64,000 bases of DNA, from the NCBI GenBank assembly GCA_051382295.1, contig JBBCAW010000013.1, positions 82,610 to 146,609 of the forward strand. Direction: 5' to 3'. Shown here in pieces: positions 9,903 through 20,817 of this stretch (its first letter is position 1; each line of letters begins with the position of its first letter). The notes below the pieces were generated by a model. That model was not told the DNA's origin. It saw only the letters and a program-made list of their open reading frames with translations, and made no database searches. Made by a program: the position numbers and the translations under genes. This DNA is from Bdellovibrionota bacterium FG-1. GTDB lineage: Bacteria; Bdellovibrionota; UBA1018.

Positions 9903-12499
9903 ACCGCAATCTGTTCCAATACGTCGGTCTCAGGCATCTCAAAATGAAGCCGACTCGAACCATCTTAACGACCATTGGAGTTTCGCTCGGAATCGCCCTT
10001 TATGTTGGAATCGCCATTATCAATCGCTCCACGTTGCATTCTTTCAAGGAGAGCATTGAAGCCGTCGCCGGCAAGGCGACTTTAATCGTGTCGGCGGGTG
10101 AAGCCGGCTTTCCTGAGTATCGCCTTGACCTGATCAAAAAGGTCCCTGGCGTCAAGTACGCAGTACCCATGGTCGAATCCCGCGCTTATTTTGCGGGCAA
10201 CAAGGACTCCAGTGAAACCATCACCATTTTGGGCGTGGACTTACTCCAGGAACAAGCCGTTCGAACCTACAAAACCACTGACGAACAAGTCATCGATGAC
10301 CCTCTCGTATTCTTGAACCAACCTGACAGCATCATCATTACTCGCGCTTTTGCGGCCCAACATCACTTCAAGATCGACTCGACTTTTGCATTAGCTACGG
10401 CTCATGGCACAAAACGATTTACCGTTCGAGGCATGCTCTCGCCCGAGGGGCCTGCCAAGGCCTATGGCGGTGCCATTGCGATCATGGACATCGATGGTGC
10501 TCGTATGACGTTCGGCAAGGAAGGCAAGATTGATCGCGTCGACGTCGTCACGGTCGCGGGCGAGGACATCGATCAAGTCGCCCAACGGATCAACCACGCC
10601 GTCGGTAGCGGCTACCGCGCCGAACGTCCCGAAACGCAAAATGAAAACATGGAAAGAATGGTCAAAACCTATCAGGTGATGCTGACCTTTTTCAGCACGC
10701 TTGCGTTGCTTGTGGGCTTATTTTTAGTCACCAATTCCGTGAGCATCGCCGTAGCTGAGCGAAAACGTGAAATCGGCACTTTGCGCGCGCTCGGCGCGAC
10801 TCGTGGAGGAATTCTCACCCTCTTTCTCTCCGAAGCCGTCGTCATGGGCGCGATGGGCGCTTTTGTGGGGGCCTGGCTTGGGCGGGGTTTGGCCGCCGTT
10901 TTGCTCAGCTTGGTGACCCGCTCGATGTCGTCTCAATACCTCACGCGCATTGATGTCTCGACCCTCCTCTTCGGGCCTGGCGAGGTTTTGCGTGCTGTCG
11001 CTCTGGGTGCAACGGCGGCCTTTCTGGCCGCGCTGTTTCCGGCCTGGCGAGCAACCACGATTGACCCTCTCGAAGCCATGCGCCACCACGAGGTCGGCGA
11101 AAATGCCAACCAACAGGGCTTTTTTCGATACTCACCCTGGATCGGTGTGGGCCTGTTATCTTTCATGGGTTTAGCAACATGGGCCGGCCTTCCAGTGCGT
11201 TTTCAATGGATCGACACCCTTTGCCAGATCTGCGCGATACTGGGATCCGCGTTGCTCGGCCCGACTTTGGTGGTTTTTCTCATTCGCTTGATGCGACCCT
11301 TGGTTCTACGAATGGGCGGCACGATTTCGCGCCTCGCCCAAGACAATCTGCTGCGCAATCCCAGACGCACCGGAAGCAATGTCATGAGCTTAATGGTAGG
11401 ACTCATGCTGACCATCATGATCGCGATCGTCAATGTGAGCTTCCGCATGACCATCACCGATTGGTTCAACCGTATTCTTCGGGCGGATTTATTTGTTTCG
11501 TCCACGGGACGTCTGATTTCCTATCAAACCCAACCTCAACATGAAGACCTCGGGCCTGAACTTGAAAAAATTCCAGGCATAAAAATGACCAACGGAAAGG
11601 GCGCCTACGGAATTCGTTTTATCCACGTCACCTATGAGGGACGGCAGCTCGGGATGAAGGCGTGGGATGAACCTGATCCCGCGGCAAATTATTCTATTCT
11701 CGATGTGCAAGATCGAACGCCGTTCCAAGCAGGGCGGGACCTTTATCATTCGCCGGACCCTACTGTTTTAGTTTCTGAAAACTTTGTACTTCATTTCAAA
11801 AAGAAAACCGGAGACAGCCTCGACTTAGACACCCCTTCGGGACGAAGTTCATTTCGAATCGTGGGGGTCGTCGTGGATTTTGCAGGACCGGAGGGTATTC
11901 TCTATATCGATCGGCAGCTTTATCGCCGAATCTGGCATGATCCCTTGGTCAGCGCTTTTGGACTCAATCTTGCGCCCGGCGCTGATCTAAGTACGGTTCG
12001 ACAGGAGATCGATCGTCAATTTGGGCGGGCAAGAAATATTTCAGTCACCTCCAACGCCGAACTGCGCGACCAAATGGTCAGTGTGATCGATCAAAGCTTT
12101 GCCTATACCCGCGCTATCGAAGGTGCCGCGCTTTTAGTCGGACTTTTAGGCCTCCTCAATACATTGCTGATTAGCGTCATGGAGCGGATGCGCGAATTAG
12201 GAATGCTGCGCGCCGTCGGAATGTCTCGTAGCCAAGTATCCAAAATGATCCTCCAAGAAGCCCTGGTGCAAGGGGCCTTAGGTGCGGTGGCCGCGGTTGT
12301 TTTAGGGAGTGGAATCGCCTACCTGTGGATTAAGTACAGTTTAGCCCACGTTTTGGGTTGGATGATTCATTTTTACTTTCCATGGCTCGCTGTCGGAGGC
12401 ACCGTTTTAGTCGGAACGGCTGTTGCTTTATTTGCCGGCTTCTTTCCAGCTAGGCGAGCTTCCCTTCTTGAGATTTGCGAAGCTTTAGAATACGAATAG
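9899..12499 (+). CDS. FtsX-like ABC permease with two MacB/FtsX repeats
   Basis: ERKREIGTLRALGA and ERMRELGMLRAVGM repeats; 866 aa. Confidence 0.93.
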   Translation: MNRNLFQYVGLRHLKMKPTRTILTTIGVSLGIALYVGIAIINRSTLHSFKESIEAVAGKATLIVSAGEAGFPEYRLDLIKKVPGVKYAVPMVESRAYFAGNKDSSETITILGVDLLQEQAVRTYKTTDEQVIDDPLVFLNQPDSIIITRAFAAQHHFKIDSTFALATAHGTKRFTVRGMLSPEGPAKAYGGAIAIMDIDGARMTFGKEGKIDRVDVVTVAGEDIDQVAQRINHAVGSGYRAERPETQNENMERMVKTYQVMLTFFSTLALLVGLFLVTNSVSIAVAERKREIGTLRALGATRGGILTLFLSEAVVMGAMGAFVGAWLGRGLAAVLLSLVTRSMSSQYLTRIDVSTLLFGPGEVLRAVALGATAAFLAALFPAWRATTIDPLEAMRHHEVGENANQQGFFRYSPWIGVGLLSFMGLATWAGLPVRFQWIDTLCQICAILGSALLGPTLVVFLIRLMRPLVLRMGGTISRLAQDNLLRNPRRTGSNVMSLMVGLMLTIMIAIVNVSFRMTITDWFNRILRADLFVSSTGRLISYQTQPQHEDLGPELEKIPGIKMTNGKGAYGIRFIHVTYEGRQLGMKAWDEPDPAANYSILDVQDRTPFQAGRDLYHSPDPTVLVSENFVLHFKKKTGDSLDLDTPSGRSSFRIVGVVVDFAGPEGILYIDRQLYRRIWHDPLVSAFGLNLAPGADLSTVRQEIDRQFGRARNISVTSNAELRDQMVSVIDQSFAYTRAIEGAALLVGLLGLLNTLLISVMERMRELGMLRAVGMSRSQVSKMILQEALVQGALGAVAAVVLGSGIAYLWIKYSLAHVLGWMIHFYFPWLAVGGTVLVGTAVALFAGFFPARRASLLEICEALEYE

Positions 12500-12504
12500 C
12501 CCCC

Positions 12505-13368
12505 ATGTACAAGCACAATCGTCAGCAAGTAGATATCAGTTCCTTGACTGGGTTTGCGGTGCTCGTTTTTGTGAGTTTAACTTTTGCATTCCTGGCTGTT
12601 TGGCATTCTGCAAGAGCAGACTCACTCACGGCTAAGGACATCATGACTCGAAACGAGGACGCCCGCAAAGTCGATGACGTAATTGCGACCGCTTCAATCA
12701 CCACAGGGGGGGGGGGCTCCGCCGAAAGGGTCAAAACGTTTACCTGGTGGCGAAAGCTCATGGCAGACCGAGTTCATTTTAACACCCTTACGCGTTTCCA
12801 CACTCCCGCCGAAGTTCGCGGCGAGGGAATTTTATTTGTGGAGCACGATCATGACGAGAACGACGTGCAGATGTACCTCCCCGCCTTCAAAAAAGTGAGA
12901 CGGGTGGAGAGCCAAAGCCAAAGTGGCAGTTTCATGGGAAGCGAATTCAGCTATGCTGATATCGCAACCCCTCATGTCGATGATCACCACTACTCGTTGC
13001 AAAAGGAATCTGAATGCCCCATCGATGGCGGTAAAACCCTGCGCTGTTACGTGGTCGAAGCAACGCCCGTGTCTGAAGCGGTCAAGGAGCGGACCGGCTA
13101 TTCAAAAACAATTGAATGGGTTCGACCTGATAACTTTATGGCCGTTAAAGGTGAGTTTTTCGACAAAGAGGGCGTCCTCTGGAAAAAAATGGAAGCTCAT
13201 CAGATCAAAGAAGTAGATACCGCCAAGCATAAATACATAGCTCACCAAATCCGGATCGAAAATGCCAAAAGCGGTAAGTTCACCCTCCTGGAATTTTCGG
13301 AAGTCAAGGTCAACACCGGCATTACGGATTCCATTTTTACCGTCCAAAATCTTTCTCGTGAAAAATAA
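12505..13368 (+). CDS. Outer-membrane lipoprotein-sorting (LolA-like) protein
   Basis: Signal peptide; MYLPAFKKVRR, SFMGSEFSYAD and F...NL motifs. Confidence 0.85.
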   Translation: MYKHNRQQVDISSLTGFAVLVFVSLTFAFLAVWHSARADSLTAKDIMTRNEDARKVDDVIATASITTGGGGSAERVKTFTWWRKLMADRVHFNTLTRFHTPAEVRGEGILFVEHDHDENDVQMYLPAFKKVRRVESQSQSGSFMGSEFSYADIATPHVDDHHYSLQKESECPIDGGKTLRCYVVEATPVSEAVKERTGYSKTIEWVRPDNFMAVKGEFFDKEGVLWKKMEAHQIKEVDTAKHKYIAHQIRIENAKSGKFTLLEFSEVKVNTGITDSIFTVQNLSREK

Positions 13369-14602
13369 TATCGCCCTTGTTTATGCGGCGCTCACGCTCC
13401 CCGGCATTCCACTGACCGGAAAGATCTTCAGCGATATTTATCTTCCAGCACGGGATCTGGATACTTCCAGCTATCACCAAGTTTCAGCCTCCGCCTGGTT
13501 GCAAGGTGACCCAAAACTCGGCGAAAATGGTTACGCGCGCTTTATTTTGACAGCCGACACCCTCGATTCCGCCGCAAATTCCCCGGGCGCCAACCTAGGC
13601 CTTCGCGAGGGCTACGTGGGATACGCCAAAAATGGGTGGGAATTTCGCCTGGGAAGGCAACTCATCCCCTGGGGTAAATCAGATGCATTTAACCCCACTG
13701 ATTATCTTTCGGCAAAAAATTATGCACTTTTTAACCCGGATGACGAAGTCCGGCGTATTGGCAGCACGAGCCTCTGGCTGAATTGGACACCGACTCAAGG
13801 AGCCTCGCCCCTGAGCGTGACCGTGGTTGCCACCCCGGCTTTTCCGCAAAGCCATTTACTGATTCCTTCGTCAGCCATTCCTGCTGGCGTTACGCTGGTG
13901 CCCCCCCCTCAGACGCCCCCTACGACTTTTGGAAATACTGAGACCGCAATCAAATTGGCTTATACCGGAAACGCGTGGGACGCCTCATTATCGGCCTTTC
14001 GTGGGTATAACCACATGCCCGAGTTTGCCATCTTCGATATTTCGGGTTCTCCCCTTCAACCTGTGATTACGCTGGTTCAAACCTTTCACCCCATTCGCGC
14101 CGCAGGAGGTGATGCCTCCTTCACTTTTGGAAAATGGATTGGCCGCGCTGAAACCGCTTATTTTTGGACCCAAAATGACGACGGCACCCAACCCCTCATC
14201 CAACCTTCGCATTGGGACTCGGTCATTGGGGCGGAACGCCCTTTAGGCGATGACTTTCGTTTTCAAGTCCAGGCCATTTACCGATACCACCCAGCCTTTC
14301 AAGAGCCCACCGCACTGGCCAAGGCAAATGCACTCCTCCTAGGCTATCAAGAAAAAAGCCGTCCCGCTGCGACCTTTCGCCTGGCCTATAGCAATGAAGC
14401 CAATGGCTGGGATATTGAGTTGTTTTTAATGGCCAATTTTTCCGGTGGAGACTACCTAGCCAGGCCTAAAGTAACTTATGCATGGACCGATGCTGTAAAA
14501 TCCACCGCCGGAGTTGAGTACTATGGAGGTCCGGATGACCGGCCCTTAGGCGCCCTTAAATCCTACAATTCGGTTTTTATTGAGGGAAAGTATGTGTTTT
14601 AA
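13358..14602 (+). CDS. Outer-membrane beta-barrel protein (DUF1302-like)
   Basis: LREGYV...GRQLIPWGKSD..NPTD; ends EGKYVF. Start uncertain (GTG 13358; the ORF opens at 13262). Confidence 0.7.
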   Translation: MKNNIALVYAALTLPGIPLTGKIFSDIYLPARDLDTSSYHQVSASAWLQGDPKLGENGYARFILTADTLDSAANSPGANLGLREGYVGYAKNGWEFRLGRQLIPWGKSDAFNPTDYLSAKNYALFNPDDEVRRIGSTSLWLNWTPTQGASPLSVTVVATPAFPQSHLLIPSSAIPAGVTLVPPPQTPPTTFGNTETAIKLAYTGNAWDASLSAFRGYNHMPEFAIFDISGSPLQPVITLVQTFHPIRAAGGDASFTFGKWIGRAETAYFWTQNDDGTQPLIQPSHWDSVIGAERPLGDDFRFQVQAIYRYHPAFQEPTALAKANALLLGYQEKSRPAATFRLAYSNEANGWDIELFLMANFSGGDYLARPKVTYAWTDAVKSTAGVEYYGGPDDRPLGALKSYNSVFIEGKYVF

Positions 14603-14645
14603 GAATTCTTGCGTTAACCTGAGATTATGTTACGTGTAAATTTCT

Positions 14646-15125
14646 ATGCCGGATGAAAAAATCCCAATGACGGTAGTCGGAAAAAAGGCGCTCGATGAGG
14701 AGCTTAAGCGGCTCATGACCGTTGAGCGTCCATCGGTCGTGAAAGCAATCGAGATCGCGCGCGGTCACGGCGATCTTTCGGAAAACGCCGATTATTCGGC
14801 CGCCAAAGAGCGACAAAGCTTTATTGAGGGCCGTATTCAGGACATTAATGGCAAGATGGCTCGCGCACAAGTCATTGATCCCACCACCATTAAGTCTGAA
14901 AAGATCGTTTTTGGCGCGACCGTCCTGCTGGAAGATCAGGACTCGGGTAACCGGGTGACTTATAAAATTGTGGGAGTCGATGAGGCTGATGTCAAAAACG
15001 GAAAAGTAGGAATCACTTCGCCTATTGCGCGCGCGCTCATCAGCAAAACGGCAGGAGACGAAGTAGTCGTTCATGCCCCCAAGGGACAAATTCGTTACGA
15101 CGTCATCCATATCCGATACGAATAA
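14646..15125 (+). CDS. greA: Transcription elongation factor GreA
   Basis: ARGHGDLSENADYSAAKE and SPIARALI. Confidence 0.97.
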   Translation: MPDEKIPMTVVGKKALDEELKRLMTVERPSVVKAIEIARGHGDLSENADYSAAKERQSFIEGRIQDINGKMARAQVIDPTTIKSEKIVFGATVLLEDQDSGNRVTYKIVGVDEADVKNGKVGITSPIARALISKTAGDEVVVHAPKGQIRYDVIHIRYE

Positions 15126-17319
15126 ATCGCGCCCCCATTTACCACAAGACACCCCGGTTCAATTTGTTAAGGGTGTAGGGCCACGCCTCGGTGCGATTTT
15201 TGCCAGCCGAGGTGTCCACACGGTTAAGGATTTACTCTTCTTTTTTCCCCGTGCCTACGAGGACCGGAGTCAACTCTTACGGATATCCGAACTTAAAGAA
15301 GGAACGACCGCCACCGTCGCCGTACGGGTCACTGGCATCCGCCAGATTCCTATCCGCGGGCGCTTCAACAAGTCTATGCTCGAGGTGCGCTGCACCGACG
15401 AAAGCGGAGCCTCGCTCGGACTCAAATGGTTTCATGCACCTAAAGGGATGGAGCAACGTTTCAAACCCGGCATTCAGCTCATTGTTACAGGCATAATCAA
15501 AAATTTCATGGGCCGTCCGGAAATCATCCACCCTGAAATCACTTGGGGCGTCAGCGCCGACACCGACTCAGAACAAGAGAATCACAGCTTTGGGCGAATT
15601 GTCCCCATTTATACCGAAATTGAGGGCGTTTCGAGCCGTATTCTCCGTAAGGTATTATGGGAGGCTCTCGAAAAATACGCGAGCACCCTCACCGAAGATC
15701 TTCCCACCCCTTTTCTCCAAGCTCACTCGTTACCTCGACTGTCAGAAGCGGTACGCCAGATTCATTTTCCACCGGAACCGCTTGCCTCAACCGAAGAAGG
15801 CGCAGAAATCGCATCACTGCTAGAATTTGCGACCCCCGCGCACCAACGCCTGATTTATGAGGAATTTTTTAAATTTGAATATTTGATCCTTCGCCAACGC
15901 CTTCGAATGGAGAAGGCCCATGCCCCCCCTCTGGGCAGTGAGGGCGGAAAAGAGGCCCTCTATGCTCTTGAAAGACTTTTGCCCTTTGTTCTCACCGGCG
16001 GCCAAAAAAAAGCCATTCAGGACGTGATGGAAGACCTCCAGAAACCCCATCCTATGAACCGCCTGATCCAAGGGGACGTGGGTTCCGGAAAAACCGCGGT
16101 GGCCTTTCTCACTGCTGGATGCGCGCTGGCCGAGGGCGGCCAGGTCGCATTGATGGTGCCTACAGAAATTTTGGCCGAACAACACTATAAAAGTGCACTC
16201 CAACTTTTCGGCGGACGTCTCAATGTCGCGATTTTAACGGGCAAAACGCCCCAGTCCGAACGCACTTCACTCCAAGGTCGCCTCCAGGCTGGCGAACCCA
16301 TTTTGGTGATTGGTACTCACGCTTTGATTGAAGAGCCTGTGATCTTTCCGAACCTGGTTTTTAATTTGGTCGATGAACAGCACCGTTTCGGAGTCGATCA
16401 AAGACGCACGCTGCGGAATAAGGGAATGCACAAGAACCCCGTGACGGGACAAATCACCCTGCCCCACACCTTGATCCTCACTGCCACGCCCATTCCTCGT
16501 ACTCTCGCCTTGACGGCCTACGGCGACCTCTCGGTCAGTAGCATCACTGAGCTTCCGCCTGGGCGCACGCCCATCGTGACTCGAATCGCTCGCGACCGAA
16601 CCCAAGTTCTCAGGGCCTACGAGCAAATTCGCAGAGAACTGCAGCAAGGCCATCAGGCCTACTTCATCTATCCCCTCGTCAACAACAGCGAGGCGGAGGG
16701 CTTTACCCAACTCAAATCCGCCGTGGCAGAGGCCGACCGCTTAGCCAAAGAAATGTTTCCAGAATTCAAAGTCGCACTTTTGCATGGCCAGATGAAACCC
16801 GACGAAAAAGCTGGCATTATGGAGGCGTTTAAAAATCGCGAATTTCATCTTTTGGTCTCCACGACCGTGGTCGAAGTCGGCGTAGACGTGCCTAACGCCA
16901 CGGTGATGGTGATCGAGCACGCCGATCGATTTGGCCTCTCCCAACTTCACCAGCTCCGAGGACGCGTGGGGCGTGGAGCCGCACAATCCTTCTGTTTTCT
17001 TTTTGCGCCCCCCCGAAGTGCCGCAACCACGGCACAGAGGCTTGAGGTTCTAGAAGAAACCCAAGACGGCTTCAAAATCGCGGAAGCCGATCTCGAAATA
17101 CGAGGCCCAGGGGAGTTTTTGGGTACACGCCAGGCCGGCGGGCTGCCTTTTCGACTGGCTCATTTAGTCCGCGATCGCCAATGGCTGCTCCAGGCCCGAG
17201 ACGATGCCTCAACACTTCTTAAGGAAGATCCAGAACTTATCAAGACTGAACACCTTCCTTTGCGGCAGTATTTTGAAAGAGAAGGTCGAATTCAAAGCGA
17301 CCGTTTGAAAACGTCCTAA
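15073..17319 (+). CDS. recG: ATP-dependent DNA helicase RecG
   Basis: KGVGP wedge start, QGDVGSGKT, DEQHRFG, FGLSQLHQLRGRVGRG and RGPGEFLGTRQ. True start uncertain. Confidence 0.97.
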   Translation: MPPRDKFVTTSSISDTNKSRPHLPQDTPVQFVKGVGPRLGAIFASRGVHTVKDLLFFFPRAYEDRSQLLRISELKEGTTATVAVRVTGIRQIPIRGRFNKSMLEVRCTDESGASLGLKWFHAPKGMEQRFKPGIQLIVTGIIKNFMGRPEIIHPEITWGVSADTDSEQENHSFGRIVPIYTEIEGVSSRILRKVLWEALEKYASTLTEDLPTPFLQAHSLPRLSEAVRQIHFPPEPLASTEEGAEIASLLEFATPAHQRLIYEEFFKFEYLILRQRLRMEKAHAPPLGSEGGKEALYALERLLPFVLTGGQKKAIQDVMEDLQKPHPMNRLIQGDVGSGKTAVAFLTAGCALAEGGQVALMVPTEILAEQHYKSALQLFGGRLNVAILTGKTPQSERTSLQGRLQAGEPILVIGTHALIEEPVIFPNLVFNLVDEQHRFGVDQRRTLRNKGMHKNPVTGQITLPHTLILTATPIPRTLALTAYGDLSVSSITELPPGRTPIVTRIARDRTQVLRAYEQIRRELQQGHQAYFIYPLVNNSEAEGFTQLKSAVAEADRLAKEMFPEFKVALLHGQMKPDEKAGIMEAFKNREFHLLVSTTVVEVGVDVPNATVMVIEHADRFGLSQLHQLRGRVGRGAAQSFCFLFAPPRSAATTAQRLEVLEETQDGFKIAEADLEIRGPGEFLGTRQAGGLPFRLAHLVRDRQWLLQARDDASTLLKEDPELIKTEHLPLRQYFEREGRIQSDRLKTS

Positions 17320-17401
17320 TCTTGACATTTCCTTCAACTTTTGCAATTATCAAGAAGTTATCAAAAGCCATCGGGCTACCTAACGGCGGGAGTTTACAAT
17401 C

Positions 17402-17824
17402 GTGCCTCATTCCTTACCCAAGCGGCCAAAACTTGTCGGAGCGTTTATTCGCGAACGTCGTGAAGAGCTTGCCATCTCTCAGCGGGCCCTCGGTTTACTT
17501 TTTACCCCCCCGGTAACGACTCAATTTATTTCAAACGTCGAAAGAGGGGTTACGCCACTTCCACCCGTGCACGTCCCCGTACTGGCAAAAGCTCTGAAGA
17601 CCAATGAGACTGAAATCATGGCTCTTTTAGAAAAAGAGTACACCTTCAAGCTGTCAGGACGCTTAGGGTTTATTCAAGAAGCCACTCTCAATACCCCGCC
17701 ACAGATGGCCATAGCGGCTGATCATTACGATTTTATTCAAAAATTTTATGAAGCTTTTCGATTAGCCGATCACCAGACCCGCCAATCTTTCGTGAACCTT
17801 TGTGAAACGACCTTGAAAATTTGA
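17402..17824 (+). CDS. XRE-family helix-turn-helix protein
   Basis: IRERREELAISQRALG...QFISNVERG. Confidence 0.8.
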   Translation: MPHSLPKRPKLVGAFIRERREELAISQRALGLLFTPPVTTQFISNVERGVTPLPPVHVPVLAKALKTNETEIMALLEKEYTFKLSGRLGFIQEATLNTPPQMAIAADHYDFIQKFYEAFRLADHQTRQSFVNLCETTLKI

Positions 17825-17877
17825 GTCCTGCTCTCTTGCTTTGGCAATACCCAAGAAGGTATACGTTAGAGAAGAGA

Positions 17878-18905
17878 TGATGATCGATTCACCCAGCAAG
17901 CCCAGGCCTCCCGGAGCACGCAAAAAAAGCGTGGCTGAACGAATGCGCACGGGGGAACGCCCACCCGTGAGTCACGGTTACGTCAAAGGGTTTGATGGAA
18001 CTAAGCTTTTTTATAGTACCGAAGGTCAAGGCAAGCCGCTGGTTTTTTGTTATGGACTCGTTTGTTCGAGTCTTCATTGGACCTACCAGATCGAGCATTT
18101 TCAGCGCACTCACCAAACCATTTGGTTTGACTATCGCGGACATCAGAACTCTGAAACTCCAAAAGACATGAAGAGTCTCACGGTTCATAACATTGCTCGT
18201 GATCTGGGCACGGTTCTGGACGAACTCGGAATTAAGGAAACCGTCATTCTGGGGCACAGTATGGGCGTTAATGTTGTATTGGAGTTTTACCGCCAACAGC
18301 CGGAACGCGTGCTCGGGATGGTGCTTGCGAACGGGACCGCGACACGTCCGCTCGAAAATCTTTTTCGAAACAATGTCGCCCAAAGCGGCTTTCGCCTTCT
18401 GAAAAAGGCCTACGAAAAGTCCCCTGAAGCCGTTTCACTGCTTTGGCGAATGTCCAAGGGGAACGCCTTAGCCCGCACCGCTGTAACCCTGGGAGGTTTC
18501 AATGCGCATCTCACCCCAAAAGCGGATATCGAGCTTTATGTCGATCAAGTATCCGAAATGGACCCCGCCATACTGATTCATTTAATTGAAAACTACGAGG
18601 AATACGACGCGACGGCATGGCTTCATACGATCCAAGTGCCCACGCTCATCTTGGCTGGCGAACAAGACAATATGACGCCGGTAGAGCAACAAGAACTCAT
18701 GAACCAACTGATTCCTCGCAGTCGTTTTGAGCTGATCCGCCACGGCTCCCATTGTCCTCAGATGGATTTACCGGAACTAGTGAACCTCAAAATTGAAAAA
18801 TTTCTGGACGAGATCAACTATGGGTCACAGTCCATTCAGACCACGGGAAACGCCAATCCGACCACTGAGACGCATCCAAGCCCTGATCCAGAAGCGTCCG
18901 TCTAA
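17878..18905 (+). CDS. Alpha/beta hydrolase
   Basis: DYRGHQNS, GHSMG nucleophile elbow, GEQD and GSHCP. Confidence 0.9.
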
Positions 18906-20817
18906 ACGCCTCTAAACAGAGTTGACCATGGCACTTTCCTTCGCCCACATGAGTCACGGATAGGACCGCCTCAGGTGATTGAAGGCTACCGTTTTTCAAC
19001 CGTTCAACCACCTGCTCTACGGTAATACCTAAGCAAGGGCAAAGGGAGTTTTCACCCTGAGTCGGCGCTGGGGACTCCGTCAGGCGAATCGCCATTCCAC
19101 GATGAACTTTTTCCTGGCATGCCAATTTTTGCACTCCGTCAACCGTCACCTGACAAAGACCACAACTCCCATCTGGGCAATAAAGAACATCCTCAGGTCG
19201 GCTCTGGCCCGTTTCAAAAAGCGCCACCGTCACCGGAATCTTTTCGCGCACCATGCGACGCTCGCCATCTAGCGTAATATCGACTTTTTCAGCTGAAAGC
19301 TCGGAGCGGCTCACCGCTTTCATAAATATCTCATCCTCAACCGAGGCCGTCCTGGCGCGCTTAACCGACCGCGCTTCCCAAAGTAAATGGGTTGGAATAT
19401 CCACCTGCACAAGCTGCGAAACCACCTCATCCGAGCCGTCGTTTAAGGTCTCGTGGACTCGATCTGAGGGCGCCTCCAAAATCTTGAGCACTCGCACGCC
19501 CCCCATGCGCTCGCCCCGGCGATTAACGGCCACCGCAAATTCGCCTTCTTTCCAAGGTCGAACCCCACGCCAGGGCAAAACCAATGTCGACATAGCGTGC
19601 TCGCTATTTTCCTGCAACATCGTAATCGCGCCGCTCGGGCAAGCCTGAACACAAAGACCACAGCCCACGCATTTAGATTCGTTTAAAATTGCAGCCTCGC
19701 GGGGAATACGACCGATCTCGATGGCTCCATGCGGACAAATCGTCATGCAGACCTTGCAAGCAATCTGTTCAAAACACTCGACTGAAGCGACCAATCGCTT
19801 TTTTTGCTCGGTTTGCGGAGTTCCGCTAAAAGCTCGAATGGCCTTAAAGTCCGTACTGGCCACCCATTTACCTTGATAAGCAGGCACAAAAGGCTCTTCA
19901 CGATGGTGAAAAAAGTTTTTCAGTTTCATCCGAGCGCGCTTAAACACCCTCTCAATTTCGTCTTTTTTATCCCTATGCTCTTGAAGATCCGTGGCCAAGC
20001 CTTTGACAATCTTTCCGGCTAGCCAACGACAACGAGTTTCCTCAAGAACCCAGCCTTCGACATCCTCCACTTGGGATGCTCGTGCCGTCTGTTCCAGTTC
20101 AAAAAGCGAAGACCCTGGCGGGTGTTCGCGAATCCCTGCTAAATCCCGAAAAGGCCCGGCGGAAACCACCCTCGCCACCTCTAAAATGCGAAGTCCACGC
20201 GCATCTTGAATGCGCAACTCCCAAAGCAACGCGGCTTTAGGCGAAAGCTTAACGGGTTTAGCCTCGAGCAGTCTGCCCCCGAGCGACTCAAAACGCCGCT
20301 TTTCCACTTCCCATCCCGCAAACCGTTTCGCCCCCCATTGAGCAAAGGACTCAATACAGTAAACTTCGCCCACTCCCGATTCAAGCAAGGAGATGCCAAA
20401 ACGAAGCGCCTCATTTCCCGTGCCCAAGATCGCAGTGGCCGGATCCCACTGGACCCGACTTTCTTTTCGCAAACGCTCCGCCGTAAAAAGGGGGATCAAG
20501 CCTTGAGATCTCCAACCCGAGAACGAATCAGGCAGGCAGGCGTTTTGGGTGACTTTAACGATTGCACGGGCATGAATTCGATGGATGCGCTTTTGGACAT
20601 CTTCAAGCAGAACGATACCGCCGGTGCCTGGAAGTGGAATCACGCCTTTGACTGAAATCGATTCACCGCCAAAAAGACCGACTTCGAGCCCCATTTCCGC
20701 GCAAAGCGTGGAGAGGGCCCGCAGCCCCGCGGAAGGCCATAGTGATACGCGAGGGCCCGCCACAATCGCGACGTCAAAGCGTCCCTCTCGCACGCTGAGC
20801 TCGCCTATGCCGTTCAC
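18814..20817 (-). CDS. Multidomain Fe-S protein: degenerate pyridine-nucleotide oxidoreductase + 2x[4Fe-4S] + [2Fe-2S] + BFD-like domains
   Basis: CFEQIACKVCMTICP, CVGCGLCVQACP, CPDGSCGLC..LAC and CPC...CHGQLC. GTG 20817 overlaps the upstream stop. Confidence 0.8.
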   Translation of the reverse strand: MNGIGELSVREGRFDVAIVAGPRVSLWPSAGLRALSTLCAEMGLEVGLFGGESISVKGVIPLPGTGGIVLLEDVQKRIHRIHARAIVKVTQNACLPDSFSGWRSQGLIPLFTAERLRKESRVQWDPATAILGTGNEALRFGISLLESGVGEVYCIESFAQWGAKRFAGWEVEKRRFESLGGRLLEAKPVKLSPKAALLWELRIQDARGLRILEVARVVSAGPFRDLAGIREHPPGSSLFELEQTARASQVEDVEGWVLEETRCRWLAGKIVKGLATDLQEHRDKKDEIERVFKRARMKLKNFFHHREEPFVPAYQGKWVASTDFKAIRAFSGTPQTEQKKRLVASVECFEQIACKVCMTICPHGAIEIGRIPREAAILNESKCVGCGLCVQACPSGAITMLQENSEHAMSTLVLPWRGVRPWKEGEFAVAVNRRGERMGGVRVLKILEAPSDRVHETLNDGSDEVVSQLVQVDIPTHLLWEARSVKRARTASVEDEIFMKAVSRSELSAEKVDITLDGERRMVREKIPVTVALFETGQSRPEDVLYCPDGSCGLCQVTVDGVQKLACQEKVHRGMAIRLTESPAPTQGENSLCPCLGITVEQVVERLKNGSLQSPEAVLSVTHVGEGKCHGQLCLEAFRRTLLDQGLDASQWSDWRFPWSEWTVTHS

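Noticed and set aside
17350..17400. c-di-GMP-I riboswitch-like CAAAAGCC...GGG..TA segment before the HTH gene
   Set aside because: The GGCAAAC...GAAA first hairpin is absent; the resemblance is too weak.
18814..18905. 92-bp convergent overlap of the hydrolase and Fe-S protein genes
   Set aside because: The hydrolase tail is low-complexity and most likely a simple stop-codon extension.
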